Virus record (IMG/VR): IMGVR_UViG_3300009180_000039
Coordinates: 6,243-70,242 of that record
Length of the DNA stretch: 64,000 bases
Source: a virus
Reading direction: 5' to 3' (one strand)
The position numbers and the translations under genes were made by a program. Numbering within the stretch: the first letter of the stretch is position 1; each line of letters begins with the position of its first letter. Below are positions 18,739-29,009 of the stretch, piece by piece. The notes beneath the pieces were generated by a model. The model saw only the letters and a program-made list of their open reading frames with translations, had not been told where the DNA came from and made no database searches.

Positions 18739-19194
18739 ATGTCAGACAGAATACTTCAAAACGGTTTCCGTACAATTATTGCGATTGCTGGTATTACCGC
18801 AAAGTTCCAAGAAGTCTCGGTAACCCCCATCGGCTTGCAGGCAGATGATTCCGTTGAGCAAACCAACATGCGAAACTCCAACTGGCGAACATTCGCCGGT
18901 GGTGCTTTGCTAACGGCTACGGAAGTCAATGTCAAGGTTCACTATGCTCCAGGTGCTTGGGAGCAAGTGCGGCCGATCTTGCGAAGCAATCGCTTCATCA
19001 CCTTGACTATGCCTGATGGTGCAACCATCTCCTTTTATGCCATCGTCCAGTCGTTCGTCCCAGACGAACACACGATCAACGAACAACCTACCGCCACTCT
19101 GATTTTGATTCCAAGCAACCTGACGACCAGCAATCCGCCTGCGGAAATTGGTCCGATTTACGCAACGGGAACTACCACAACGGTAGCACCGTAA
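18739..19194 (+). CDS. Major tail (tube) protein
   Basis: 151 aa upstream of the chaperone and tape measure genes; T.PDG.T..F motif; ends ATGTTTTVAP. Confidence 0.8.
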   Translation: MSDRILQNGFRTIIAIAGITAKFQEVSVTPIGLQADDSVEQTNMRNSNWRTFAGGALLTATEVNVKVHYAPGAWEQVRPILRSNRFITLTMPDGATISFYAIVQSFVPDEHTINEQPTATLILIPSNLTTSNPPAEIGPIYATGTTTTVAP

Positions 19195-19212
19195 TTCTTT
19201 CCCCCTGAGTGA

Positions 19213-19581
19213 GTGGCTATGTTAAAAGTAAGCATTAAGACGAAGACCATCGACGTTACCCTCGAAAACGAGGAAGGCGTCGAAGTCAAGTACAAGATCC
19301 GACAGATGACCGGAGCCGAAGCAGACGAGTATCGGTCGGTCAAGGCTAACAAGATTGAGTTGGACAAGAACGGTGAATTGGTCAAGGTCTTGGACTACAG
19401 CGGCCAGTACATCGACCTGCTTTGCAGGACTTTGGTAACTGCCGAAGGTAAGCCGGTCCCATCGACCACGATCAATTCTTGGCCCGATGAGGCCCTGAAA
19501 GTCTTGTTCGATGAATCTGCGAAGCTGAATCGATTGTCCGGTGATGTTGAAGACGAGGAACTCGACCCAAAAAAATCCTAA
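19213..19581 (+). CDS. Tail assembly chaperone (gpG-like)
   Basis: Gene position; ends in the slippery sequence C CCA AAA AAA. Confidence 0.88.
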   Translation: MAMLKVSIKTKTIDVTLENEEGVEVKYKIRQMTGAEADEYRSVKANKIELDKNGELVKVLDYSGQYIDLLCRTLVTAEGKPVPSTTINSWPDEALKVLFDESAKLNRLSGDVEDEELDPKKS

Positions 19582-19886
19582 CGGATTCTGAGTATCTCTG
19601 GTTCCACCTAGCACATGAACTAGGCTTGCCGTTACAGGTCGTCAAGGCGTACACGCCAATCGACGAGTTTGAAAAGTGGCAAGCCTATTTTTATATCAGG
19701 CGGAGCAAAAATGAGAAGCAGGACTACTATTTGGCGAGTATCGCCCATTTAGTCGCCTGTACTATGGGCGGTTCTAAAACTAAGCTTGAGGAGCACTTAA
19801 TCAAGTTTACCCCTGCCAATGAGAAGTATAACCCAGATGCCAGCAAGAATGCTTGGTTCACTGCCCTAGGGATAACGCCACAATGA
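19572..19886 (+). CDS. -1 frameshift extension of the tail chaperone (gpGT-like)
   Basis: The -1 frame from 19572 reads KILTDSEYLWFHLAHELGLPL...EF..W.AYF and is in frame with the 19626 ORF. Confidence 0.85.
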   Translation, partial: KILTDSEYLWFHLAHELGLPLQVVKAYTPIDEFEKWQAYFYIRRSKNEKQDYYLASIAHLVACTMGGSKTKLEEHLIKFTPANEKYNPDASKNAWFTALGITPQ

Positions 19887-22069
19887 GCGGACCAAAACGC
19901 GAATTACCTCCCATACACGTCAAGATAACCGGAGACCCTTCAGGGGGTCTTAAGGCTATTCAGGATGTCGTAGACGCATCGAAGCAGGCGAACAAGGATA
20001 TCGGTGCTGCGGGTAAGAAGCAGACCAAAACCGAAGCACAAGTACACAAGCAAACAATTGCAAATCTACGTGAGCATATTAAGCAACGTAAAGGTGTACA
20101 AAATGCTATAGAAGGAATCCGAAGATCGAGTGAAAAATTCGCTCGGCAGCAGGCAGCAGAGGACGCTCGCGTCCTACGTCGCCAAAGAATGCGTGAACGC
20201 AATCGCCTACAGACCATAAAGGCGTCAAGGCAAGCAAGAGTATCCTCTATGGGATCTATGGCCCGAGGAGCTTTTGGTGGGGGCTCTATGATGGGTGCCC
20301 GTGCCGATATGTATATGCACCAAGAGAGCCTGCAAAGTATGGGGGCGGGAATACTTAGTTTGATTCGCCCATTTGCACAGGTAGAGAACTACACCATTCA
20401 GATGGAGGCATTTTCCGGCTCGGTGGAAAAGGCGCAGAAAACGGTAGCCGAGCTACAGGCGTTTGCTATTAAGTCGCCCTACTCATTAGAAGGGGTGCTG
20501 GAAGCTTCGGCTACCTTGATGAAATACGGGGCAAGTGCAGAACATGCCTTGGAGGTAACCAAGCTACTGGGGGCAGTAGCAGGCGGAGACACAAACAAAC
20601 TACGCCTACTGGCTATCGGTACAGGGCAGGCAGAAAGAATGGGTAAATTAAGGCAACAGGAACTTAACCAGTTGCTTAATGCTGGATTCAGTCCACTTTC
20701 GATAGCTGCCAAAGAAATGGCCGGACCTGGAGCCGATGAGGCTGCAATTACTAAGATGGCACAGTTACTAGAAGAAAACAAACAGGCAGGTAAGCTAAGT
20801 TCCAAAATTATTACAGCGGCCTTGAAAATAGCTACCGCAAAAGGCGGGGACTTTGCGGGACTACTGGATAAGCAATCCAACACCCTAACAGGTTTGGCTA
20901 GCCAGATTATTGAGACGTTGGACCTAGTAAGCATTGAGATCGTCAAGGTATTTGCTGGAGACCTTGCCACACTAATGAAAGAAGTTAAGAGGTACTTAGA
21001 TGCTGTAGTGGAATGGGTAAAGGCCAACAAAGATGTAGTGGAAAGCTATGTAAAGTTAGGGCTACAGATCGGAGAGGCGGTAGCCGCTTTTTCCGCATTA
21101 GCAATGGCTATAGCCTACACTAAATGGATTATGGGTTCATTAGGCACCGTATTCGGTCCCTTGCTCAAGGCATTGATTTTTACAGCAGGCGCAGTAATTT
21201 CTGTAGCCAGAGGATTTATATTTCTAGGGAATATGGCGATGGCATCAGGCATAAAAGCCACTATCGCTTGGGTACTAGCGACTTTACCTATCTCTGGGAC
21301 GGCGTTGGCTATCATAGCAGTCATCGCCGCTTTCGCGGCCCTGTGGGTTCTTATAGAAGGATTCTCTAGTGACCGTGGGTTCTACGGTATCTTTCAGGAC
21401 GGCATGACTGCCGCAGGGAATTTTCTTGGATTCATGTGGAACTTCGGTGAGAACTTTGTGAACATATTCAAGTTCATTGGGGAGAACTGGAAACTACTCG
21501 TATATGACATGCTCATTACCAATAACCCCTTGATCTCGCTAGCACGAATGGGGGCTAAAGCCTTGGGTATGGGCAAGGGCTTCCTAGGCGTAGAAGAGAC
21601 CATGAAGAGTGCTTCTATGGGATTAGTGGGAGGCAGTCCCCAATTAGATACGTCCATGTTCAAGTTCGACCTACCTAAGATGGACACAAAGACCTTGTTG
21701 GGCATGGGTGATGCTAGTTTTGGTATTTCTAAGGCCCTAGCCCCCTACCTAAAGGCACCCGAGAAACCAGCCGAGATTCCAGACAAACCCAACATCGACT
21801 TTAACCAATTCCTAGGTAAAGGCAGTAAGGGAGGTTCCGGAGGAAGTGCCAATATAGGGAACAGGGAACATGCTATTCGTGGGTCAGGGGACCATGCGGT
21901 ACGCATGTATGAATACGGAGAGAGCGTTAAGCCGCAACCAGCAACAGACCCCAAGCAACAGCACCAGAAAAAGGTCGAAGACCTTCTAAGCGGTATTGAG
22001 AAAAACACAAGACTTAACGGTCCTCTACAAGGGGGCACAGGCATTGAAGAGGCAGCACTAACTCGATGA
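19883..22069 (+). CDS. Tape measure protein
   Basis: 728 aa, Ala/Gly-rich helical, FA.KSPY...GKL...EL.QL..AG tape-measure domain, TM-like region. Confidence 0.93.
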   Translation: MSGPKRELPPIHVKITGDPSGGLKAIQDVVDASKQANKDIGAAGKKQTKTEAQVHKQTIANLREHIKQRKGVQNAIEGIRRSSEKFARQQAAEDARVLRRQRMRERNRLQTIKASRQARVSSMGSMARGAFGGGSMMGARADMYMHQESLQSMGAGILSLIRPFAQVENYTIQMEAFSGSVEKAQKTVAELQAFAIKSPYSLEGVLEASATLMKYGASAEHALEVTKLLGAVAGGDTNKLRLLAIGTGQAERMGKLRQQELNQLLNAGFSPLSIAAKEMAGPGADEAAITKMAQLLEENKQAGKLSSKIITAALKIATAKGGDFAGLLDKQSNTLTGLASQIIETLDLVSIEIVKVFAGDLATLMKEVKRYLDAVVEWVKANKDVVESYVKLGLQIGEAVAAFSALAMAIAYTKWIMGSLGTVFGPLLKALIFTAGAVISVARGFIFLGNMAMASGIKATIAWVLATLPISGTALAIIAVIAAFAALWVLIEGFSSDRGFYGIFQDGMTAAGNFLGFMWNFGENFVNIFKFIGENWKLLVYDMLITNNPLISLARMGAKALGMGKGFLGVEETMKSASMGLVGGSPQLDTSMFKFDLPKMDTKTLLGMGDASFGISKALAPYLKAPEKPAEIPDKPNIDFNQFLGKGSKGGSGGSANIGNREHAIRGSGDHAVRMYEYGESVKPQPATDPKQQHQKKVEDLLSGIEKNTRLNGPLQGGTGIEEAALTR

Positions 22070-23058
22070 CAACCACTCCAGCACCAACTACAACCCCAGC
22101 ACCAAACCCGCCAGCACTGCGAGGCCCCCTCGCACACCGCTTTACTCGGGATGAGGAAGGGCATCGTTTCTACGAAATTGACTGGCACGTCGAGACTAAT
22201 AGCTCCCATGATAATATAGCCTTCATTTTGGCGAACTGGCCCTTATTCGCAGTGGGGTCGCCTTTTAATTTGGCGTCAGCGTGGCCGGAGACCCAAGGGA
22301 CCGACGCCTGGGCGTTCTGTACGCCCCAGCTAAACATTGCCCCCCACCGAGACAATAAAGAATTCTCGGGCGTCCGCCACTGGGTTATCACGCAGTATTG
22401 GTCCACTAAACAATCTTGGAGATGTCAAACTTTCCCGGTCGAGAATCCGCTATTAGAGCCCGTGGACTATTCCGGCGACTTCGTACATGAGCAAAGGCAG
22501 GCAAGCGTTGACCGCTTCGGTAAGCCATTGATTTACCCTACGTTTGAGCCTATCGAAGGCCCAGCTAGGGAGTACCAGTATTCATATCCCACAATCAACA
22601 TTAGTTTCAATTCGGCAACCTTGCCGCTTAGTACCTATGTGAACCTAGTCAACAAGCTAAATGATGCACAGCTATGGGGATTACCTCCACGTACTGTTAG
22701 ATTTGCTGACGCTAGATGGGAACGTAAGGTCTACGGAAACTGTTTCTACTACTTCCATACTACCTATGTGTTCCACTTTGATATTAAAGGATTTGACATA
22801 GAAGTACCTGCCCAAGGTCTTAAAGAGTATGGAGGTTCTGGGTCGTTTGACGACCCTAATAGCTACTCACAAGCAAAAGATAAGAAAACAGGCGAAAACC
22901 TACCTATCGGACCTTTAGACGCTAATGGGCGACGGCTGGTATTTAAGGGCTACACTGTAGATGGTTTGGTAGAATACGTCTATCCCCAAGCAATTCTAAA
23001 GCCACAAGTCCAGGACCAAGGCAATTTACTCCTACTAGGCATACCAGCGACACTATAA
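22066..23058 (+). CDS. Tail-tip protein (distal-tail/hub position) with Thr/Pro N-terminal tag
   Basis: Directly after the tape measure gene; begins MTTTPAPTTTPAP. Confidence 0.7.
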   Translation: MTTTPAPTTTPAPNPPALRGPLAHRFTRDEEGHRFYEIDWHVETNSSHDNIAFILANWPLFAVGSPFNLASAWPETQGTDAWAFCTPQLNIAPHRDNKEFSGVRHWVITQYWSTKQSWRCQTFPVENPLLEPVDYSGDFVHEQRQASVDRFGKPLIYPTFEPIEGPAREYQYSYPTINISFNSATLPLSTYVNLVNKLNDAQLWGLPPRTVRFADARWERKVYGNCFYYFHTTYVFHFDIKGFDIEVPAQGLKEYGGSGSFDDPNSYSQAKDKKTGENLPIGPLDANGRRLVFKGYTVDGLVEYVYPQAILKPQVQDQGNLLLLGIPATL

Positions 23059-23059
23059 C

Positions 23060-23533
23060 ATGGAAAAAGTATCACTAAACCCCCAGTCCGTTGAAGTAAA
23101 CTCTGACCGAGCTACTATTGTCATTCAGGCTACCTACCAAGAGTTCGACCCGTCGAACCAAATGGCCGCGTACCACGGCTTTGACTGGATCAACCCTGCG
23201 GCGGAAACTCCGTTCCAGACTGCTATGAAGGTCAGCCCCAGCGAGCGGTCACCGCTCAACATTGGGCACTTGGAATGGGGTAGAGTCATCCTAGTCCTAT
23301 CGAATGATAAGCCGAGAACGGCTAAAACCATTCCAGAGGACTTGCGTAAAGCCATTGAACTCAATACAATTACTTTAACTAATGCTGACGGGCAGGTAGT
23401 CGGAATAATCCGACCCCGTAGAGCAAGTGTGGTAGAATACCCGTTTCCTGTCTTTGCCCAAGCGAACAACGCTTCCGCGTTGCTTAGCATAACCGCGTTC
23501 CCGGTAACAAACGATGAAGAAATTCCTGCTTAG
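23060..23533 (+). CDS. Hypothetical tail-module protein
   Basis: 157-aa beta-rich ORF in the tail operon. Confidence 0.7.
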   Translation: MEKVSLNPQSVEVNSDRATIVIQATYQEFDPSNQMAAYHGFDWINPAAETPFQTAMKVSPSERSPLNIGHLEWGRVILVLSNDKPRTAKTIPEDLRKAIELNTITLTNADGQVVGIIRPRRASVVEYPFPVFAQANNASALLSITAFPVTNDEEIPA

Positions 23534-26255
23534 TGAAGGCGACCGTAACGAGCTAAGGCGTCTACTATCAGCAGCCCGGTCGGCTCCGGCCCCTACAGTA
23601 TTGCGGGATGTATCCCGAAAGACTTTCTTCGAGGGGGATACCTACTGGGCACTTCCGCCCTGTGAAACAGGGCTACCTGCCGCTGAGTTCGTTGGAGATC
23701 AATGGACATCCTACGGCATCAAGTGCTGTCTATTCAAGAAAGATGCTTTCACGAATAAGATGGAACCGCTGCTAGATGCAGTCGGTAATCCTATTCGCGT
23801 CGAGGTGTGGAACCACTATGGCACCAGTGAAATGAACCTAGTGCAGGTCCACAAGCACAAAGAGGGCTTTTGGACGAATGAGCGTCCACTGGGAGCCACA
23901 GCAAATACAGCAGTCAACCAAAGCACTACCAGCGGCCCTATTATTCCGCAATGTGCAGGTAAGTGCGTCTGGACTGCTGACGCTAACGGCGTCTGGCAGT
24001 GGCCTACGGGCGGTTGCACCGCTAGTTCAACCACTTCTACAACTACAGGGGCACCCACTACCGGAGCACCTGGAGCAGGTAGCACCGCTCCGCCGCTCGG
24101 GATACCTACAACTCCGGCACCGTGCCAAGCAGCCCCTCCTTGCTTTCTAGTGTGCATAGACACATCAACAACTCCGGCACCTGACGAATACGGTGTCCCT
24201 GTGCCCTATACCCGCTTCCGCTATGCAATGAAAGTAGGGTCATCCTGCCCGGCTGGATGCAAGTGCTACGGGCTCGGAGATCCTTGCTTCCTAGTAGCTG
24301 GGGAGCTAAAGTCTTCCTGTATTGGAGATACAGCAGCTACTTCCACGACCACAGCGGCACCCGGCTCTACTCCTCCGCCTGAAGCATACCCTTGTGTGGA
24401 AGCCACGTTCATATTCGGCACGGTTCCACCTAACATTCGGCGGATTGCATACAAGATCAACGGAGATGTAGAGCCTTGCCAAGAGTGCTCAGACCCTAAA
24501 GCGGATTTCTATTCTCCGGGAGCAGTGCCCTATCGTCAGCACGATTGGCGTAAACTGTCTACAGTTTACGAATCGCCCTGTGTTGATAGCCCTTGCGTAC
24601 TTGCTCCTGATAGCGAAGGGTTGCCCATGTTCACTGCATTCGCATACACAGATCAGGTAAATGTATGGGGAGCAGCCAACAATCCAGCAGTTTACGATAA
24701 CACCCCAGGACTGCCAGCACCCCGATATTTGGCTAATTGGTTCAATTGCGAAGTAACGCTTCGAAACCGTAGACCGAACCGTACCCCGCCTCTTTGGATC
24801 TACGACGTAGATGATTCTGTATCGACGCTTAATACTGCTAGAGGTATTACGTTTGAGAACGGTGTTTACGTTTTCCGCACTATTTGGGCTGAAGGTCTAG
24901 CTTGTGGTAATTGCGGTCGGGGACCGACCCTATTGGAGAAAGACCGAGTTAGTGTAGAGCCAGGGGGAAGCACTACTTCCACTACTACCAGCACTACGAC
25001 CACACTAGGTCCGTGCGGCTGCGTTCGCCCAAACTATTGCCCATTGCCTTTTGAATGCACGCTTACAGCGTGCGTTAGGGGCGGGGAAGTAGTCAACGGT
25101 ACTCCAGGAACTACTAGATCACCTGTCGTACCCTGCTTTCCTGACAGTCCACCTACTTCCACCACTAATGGTCCTAATCAGTGTATCGATAGTAGGGGCA
25201 AGCGATGTGTTTGTGGAACAGGCACTACTACAACATCGAACCCTGGCGGCAATTTACAAGACCCTAGATGTCCTAACGGTTTTTATTATGGTTATCCACC
25301 AAATGATCTTACAGGTTGCGCTCCCGGACAATGCTATCCAATCAGCACAGTCCCTCCTATTGATGCACAGAAATGCTGGGCAGTGAATTGCCGAGGCAGT
25401 TGCGGGTGGCTAGGGCAATATACAAATGCCCGTGGAGGAATTCATCCACCTGATAGGGCCGGGTTAGCGTGGGTTAGGTTTTACGAACCACTTGGCGGTA
25501 CGCTCACGGGTGATTTGCGCACAATAGGATGTACTACCGACGTACAGTGCGAGGACGGTGGCTTTTACCCAAACATGGGATGCAGTATTCTTGGAAGCTA
25601 TCCGGGATGTTTCCAATGTCAGTGTATACCCCCTGCGGAACCACCTGCGACATGCGGGCAGATAACATACACAGGATGTAGAGGACAGGACTACCGTGAG
25701 TGTGCTTGCTGTACCCCGACTACTACGGGAAGCCCTTGCGGAGTTAGAACCTGTCGCTATCGAGCCAACTCGGCATTAAATTGGGTTTTGGTTACCAATA
25801 GCTGCATTCTCAATTGCCCTTGTCCCAACCCTGCGGGACTGCCCCGCCCTGTGGAAGAATGCGAGTCTCTTACACTTACTTGCGGGCAGACCCTACCTCC
25901 CCCCACAACTTCACCACCAACTACAATCAATCCCTGCCGTTGTGGCGCACAGAATTGCGGTTGTTCTACGGGAGGAATTGTGTACTGCCCTCCAGGAACA
26001 GTTTTTAATTGCATTAACTGCTTGTGTCAAACAACTACCTCGGCACCGACAACCTCTACCTCAGCACCGACAACTACATTTACCCCTTGCGGGGGCGCAA
26101 ATTGCGGGGCAACGAATTGCGGCTGCACTGGAGGCTACACATGGTATTGTAATGGAATCGGAGAAGTCTACGATTGCTCCGTGTGTGGGTGTGTCACAAC
26201 AACCACATCAGGCCCCGTAACAACGAATTTGGTCACAAGTTCACTTCCACCATAA
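23514..26255 (+). CDS. Cys/Thr/Pro-rich tail-tip or fibre protein (mucin-like)
   Basis: 913 aa; repeated small Cys modules separated by S/T-rich linkers; last structural gene. Confidence 0.75.
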   Translation: MKKFLLSEGDRNELRRLLSAARSAPAPTVLRDVSRKTFFEGDTYWALPPCETGLPAAEFVGDQWTSYGIKCCLFKKDAFTNKMEPLLDAVGNPIRVEVWNHYGTSEMNLVQVHKHKEGFWTNERPLGATANTAVNQSTTSGPIIPQCAGKCVWTADANGVWQWPTGGCTASSTTSTTTGAPTTGAPGAGSTAPPLGIPTTPAPCQAAPPCFLVCIDTSTTPAPDEYGVPVPYTRFRYAMKVGSSCPAGCKCYGLGDPCFLVAGELKSSCIGDTAATSTTTAAPGSTPPPEAYPCVEATFIFGTVPPNIRRIAYKINGDVEPCQECSDPKADFYSPGAVPYRQHDWRKLSTVYESPCVDSPCVLAPDSEGLPMFTAFAYTDQVNVWGAANNPAVYDNTPGLPAPRYLANWFNCEVTLRNRRPNRTPPLWIYDVDDSVSTLNTARGITFENGVYVFRTIWAEGLACGNCGRGPTLLEKDRVSVEPGGSTTSTTTSTTTTLGPCGCVRPNYCPLPFECTLTACVRGGEVVNGTPGTTRSPVVPCFPDSPPTSTTNGPNQCIDSRGKRCVCGTGTTTTSNPGGNLQDPRCPNGFYYGYPPNDLTGCAPGQCYPISTVPPIDAQKCWAVNCRGSCGWLGQYTNARGGIHPPDRAGLAWVRFYEPLGGTLTGDLRTIGCTTDVQCEDGGFYPNMGCSILGSYPGCFQCQCIPPAEPPATCGQITYTGCRGQDYRECACCTPTTTGSPCGVRTCRYRANSALNWVLVTNSCILNCPCPNPAGLPRPVEECESLTLTCGQTLPPPTTSPPTTINPCRCGAQNCGCSTGGIVYCPPGTVFNCINCLCQTTTSAPTTSTSAPTTTFTPCGGANCGATNCGCTGGYTWYCNGIGEVYDCSVCGCVTTTTSGPVTTNLVTSSLPP

Positions 26256-26263
26256 TTAGCGGC

Positions 26264-26291
26264 TTGCAAAATCAGCAGTATTCGCTAAGCT
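26264..26291 (+). promoter_or_regulatory. Sigma70-like promoter
   Basis: TTGCAA-16-TAAGCT upstream of the GT gene. Confidence 0.4.
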
Positions 26292-26327
26292 AATAGAAAC
26301 TTCGTTTCTCCTGTTCAAGGAAACTTT

Positions 26328-28346
26328 ATGCCTAAATACAGTATTTGCATGGCTACATATCAAGACTTCTATGGGGTCGATTCGACCATCATGGGCTTGC
26401 TTATGTACCAAGACATGACCGATTGCGAGATTGTGGTCCTAGACAACGACCCACGGGGAACACACGCCAACGATCTCCGGGGACTCATCAACAACATCGG
26501 GGACAGCATTTGCCCTGTTCGCTACGTCGAGATGGAAGGCAATAACGGCACCTCTGCCACCCGCCAAAAGCTATTTGACATAGCCGAGGGCGAAGTGGTT
26601 ATGGTGATGGATTGCCACGTATTCCTTCAACCAGATGCCATCAAGAACTTCAAAGCATTTTGGGAGTCTGCCGACTCCGAGATGCGAAAGAACCTGTTTA
26701 CAGGTCCATTGATTATGGACTCTCTCAATTGGCGACAGACACACTTCGAGTGTGAATGGCGACAAGAGATGTGGGGTACTTGGGCTACTACTTGGAAGAA
26801 AGACGGCGAATACTACGTTGCCAAGGAATCTGAGGATCATACCAAGATTCAGATGCGAAAGCACCTAGCTACCGAAGTAGTCTATGAGTTCAATCATGCT
26901 TGGCCGGGGCATGAACATGCCCTACGGAAACTAGGCTTTGAGCCAGCGGGCGTTAATCCAGAAGATCCTATCTTCGAGATTCCTGCCCAAGGGCTCGGAC
27001 TGTTTATCTCGTCTAAGGAACATTGGCTAGGCTTCAACCCGCACCACAAGCACTTCGGCGGGGAAGAGTGCTACATCCATGAGAAGTACCGGATGGCTGG
27101 TCGTAAGACCTACTGTATCCCGTTCATGGGATGGCGGCACCGCTTCGGTCGCCCAGAGGGACCACGTTACCCCATCTCCCGTGAAGGGAAGATGCGGAAC
27201 TACGTCCTAGAGTTCCAAGAGCTAGGACTTGACCTAGAACCGATCCGAAAGCACTTCATTGATGAAATCAAGCTGAAGCCGGAAGTCTGGGACAAGTGCA
27301 TGGCTGATCCGATCAACTTCAACCCGTTTGAAACATGGGCAGCTAACACTCATCCAGAGAACATGAAGCCGATTGTCCGAAGCAATCACGGTATGTTCCT
27401 ACCTGTGAACATGGGAGACTTGGGTGCTATGGCAATCGAGGTTGCTGCGCAACCCCGTGACCTGCATGAGCACTTGTCTACATTCCTGATCTATGGAAGT
27501 CGTTCGACTTCTGTGCTTGAGCTAGCTAAGCGTCGAGAATCGACGTTGTTCTGGGCAGCCGGACTGAACCGGAAAGCCTGCAAAGGCTCCTGTAGCAAGG
27601 CAGCCTGTGACTGCAAGGCTAAGCTTGTTAGCTATCAAGCAGAGCAAGACAGTCTATTGGCTATGATTACCCAGTCGGTGGAAGTTAATCCTGGTCGCCT
27701 TGCGACCGTGGATATCTTCGATAAGCCTTTGGACGGGGAATTGCCTGACATTGATGAAGACTTCTGCACACTGTACATCGACGAGTTGCATACCCACGCC
27801 CGTTTGACTGAGACCTTGGACAAGTACAGGGATCGAATTACAAAGTACATCGTTATTCGCGGTTCTAGTGCGGGCAACGCCGGTAATACCGGCGAAGACG
27901 GACAGAAGCCCGGTATGCTACATGCTATCAAGATGTTCGTGAAAACGAACCCACAGTGGTTTGTAGCGGTACATGCTGAGAACTGCTATGGGCTCACAGT
28001 GCTCTCTTGTGTTGAGGCAGAACGGCCCGAGACGGAAATCCGTCCTTGGCCTGTTAGTGACGATGCCGGGAATCCCTGTGGTGTAGGCACCGAGATTGCT
28101 AAGATCCTTAGCTCTATCGGTATCGAGTCCACGCCTACCTGCGCGTGTAACGCGATGAAGGCTAGGTACGATAGTATCGGTCCCGATGCCTGCCAAGACG
28201 AGATCGAAAAGATCCTTGATTGGATGTATGAACAAGCTGTGGCTAGGAAGCTAGAGCACTTCTTTGTTCGCACTGCTGTCCGCATGGCGGTCCAACTGTC
28301 TATCCGCCGAGCCCGAAAGAAGATCAGTAAGGGTGTCTGTAGCTAA
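26328..28346 (+). CDS. GT2 glycosyltransferase fused to a methyltransferase-like domain and a Cys-containing C-terminal domain
   Basis: SICMATY, IVVLDN, MDCHV, FGGEE (GT-A); EHL..F..VLEL...LYID.LH (Methyltransf_24-like); GVGTE..K.L...C.C tail. Confidence 0.85.
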   Translation: MPKYSICMATYQDFYGVDSTIMGLLMYQDMTDCEIVVLDNDPRGTHANDLRGLINNIGDSICPVRYVEMEGNNGTSATRQKLFDIAEGEVVMVMDCHVFLQPDAIKNFKAFWESADSEMRKNLFTGPLIMDSLNWRQTHFECEWRQEMWGTWATTWKKDGEYYVAKESEDHTKIQMRKHLATEVVYEFNHAWPGHEHALRKLGFEPAGVNPEDPIFEIPAQGLGLFISSKEHWLGFNPHHKHFGGEECYIHEKYRMAGRKTYCIPFMGWRHRFGRPEGPRYPISREGKMRNYVLEFQELGLDLEPIRKHFIDEIKLKPEVWDKCMADPINFNPFETWAANTHPENMKPIVRSNHGMFLPVNMGDLGAMAIEVAAQPRDLHEHLSTFLIYGSRSTSVLELAKRRESTLFWAAGLNRKACKGSCSKAACDCKAKLVSYQAEQDSLLAMITQSVEVNPGRLATVDIFDKPLDGELPDIDEDFCTLYIDELHTHARLTETLDKYRDRITKYIVIRGSSAGNAGNTGEDGQKPGMLHAIKMFVKTNPQWFVAVHAENCYGLTVLSCVEAERPETEIRPWPVSDDAGNPCGVGTEIAKILSSIGIESTPTCACNAMKARYDSIGPDACQDEIEKILDWMYEQAVARKLEHFFVRTAVRMAVQLSIRRARKKISKGVCS

Positions 28347-28369
28347 GGAGCTATTGGACAGGTAAACCA

Positions 28370-28395
28370 ATAAGGCCGGGAAATCCCGGCCTTAT
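28370..28395. terminator. Terminator hairpin at the convergence of the two arms
   Basis: ATAAGGCCGGGA-AA-TCCCGGCCTTAT then GTTTT. Confidence 0.8.
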
Positions 28396-28406
28396 GTTTT
28401 GGTAGA

Positions 28407-29009
28407 CTAGCCTTCCCCTACCCACTTAGTAACATCAGTACAACCCCAGTCCACCGGGAGCCAAGTCAAGCTCGTACCGAACTTGACTTCGGCACTATTG
28501 CTCCTGTAGCCTAGAACGTCTTCGCCGTCGATGGCTTCTATCTTAAACAGATCCCCTTGCCGGTCAAGGATAGTCCCAGGCACCCAGCCGCGATACTCGG
28601 CAATCCTAGCAGGGGATATGCCATAGGTAAGCCAGATTACTCCAGTCGCATCGGGTCGTGTAACGACCACCGGAAGCTGTTTCTTTCGGGCTTCGATAAT
28701 CATGCTTCGGCATCCTCCGGACTCTCCATCCCAGATGGCCAGTAATGCGTTGCCTAATTCGGCCATTTGGCGATTTCGCCTAGGGCCTGCTGCATTACCG
28801 TAGCCGAGCCAATCAGCAGGGTAATTCTCCACCGGAATCCCTAGGTTCGAAAAGAACGCTTTAGCTGCTGCATCTATCCCCCTGGCCCCACCCTGTAACA
28901 GGGTAGTGGCCGCTGGGAATAGCTTTAGGTAGCTGGCGTAGCTAGCTTTGACCTGGGACATCGCTGCGCGATGCTGGGTGTTCCTGGAACCGGAAACTAT
29001 TAGTCTCAT
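28407..29009 (-). CDS. SLOG/YspA-like (DUF2493) nucleotide-binding protein with C-terminal extension
   Basis: VSGSR, GGARGID, PADW..YG..AGP.RN..MA, WDG.S.G..MI motifs. Confidence 0.85.
   Translation of the reverse strand: MRLIVSGSRNTQHRAAMSQVKASYASYLKLFPAATTLLQGGARGIDAAAKAFFSNLGIPVENYPADWLGYGNAAGPRRNRQMAELGNALLAIWDGESGGCRSMIIEARKKQLPVVVTRPDATGVIWLTYGISPARIAEYRGWVPGTILDRQGDLFKIEAIDGEDVLGYRSNSAEVKFGTSLTWLPVDWGCTDVTKWVGEG

Noticed and set aside
7505-22209. Many 60-280-aa minus-strand ORFs inside the structural genes (and plus-strand ORFs inside replication genes)
   Set aside because: They are shadow frames fully overlapping well-supported genes, with no RBS or recognisable motifs.
23514-26255. 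Diversity-generating retroelement target
   Set aside because: No reverse transcriptase in the window and no adenine-specific template/variable repeat pair noticed; the internal repeats are protein-level modules.
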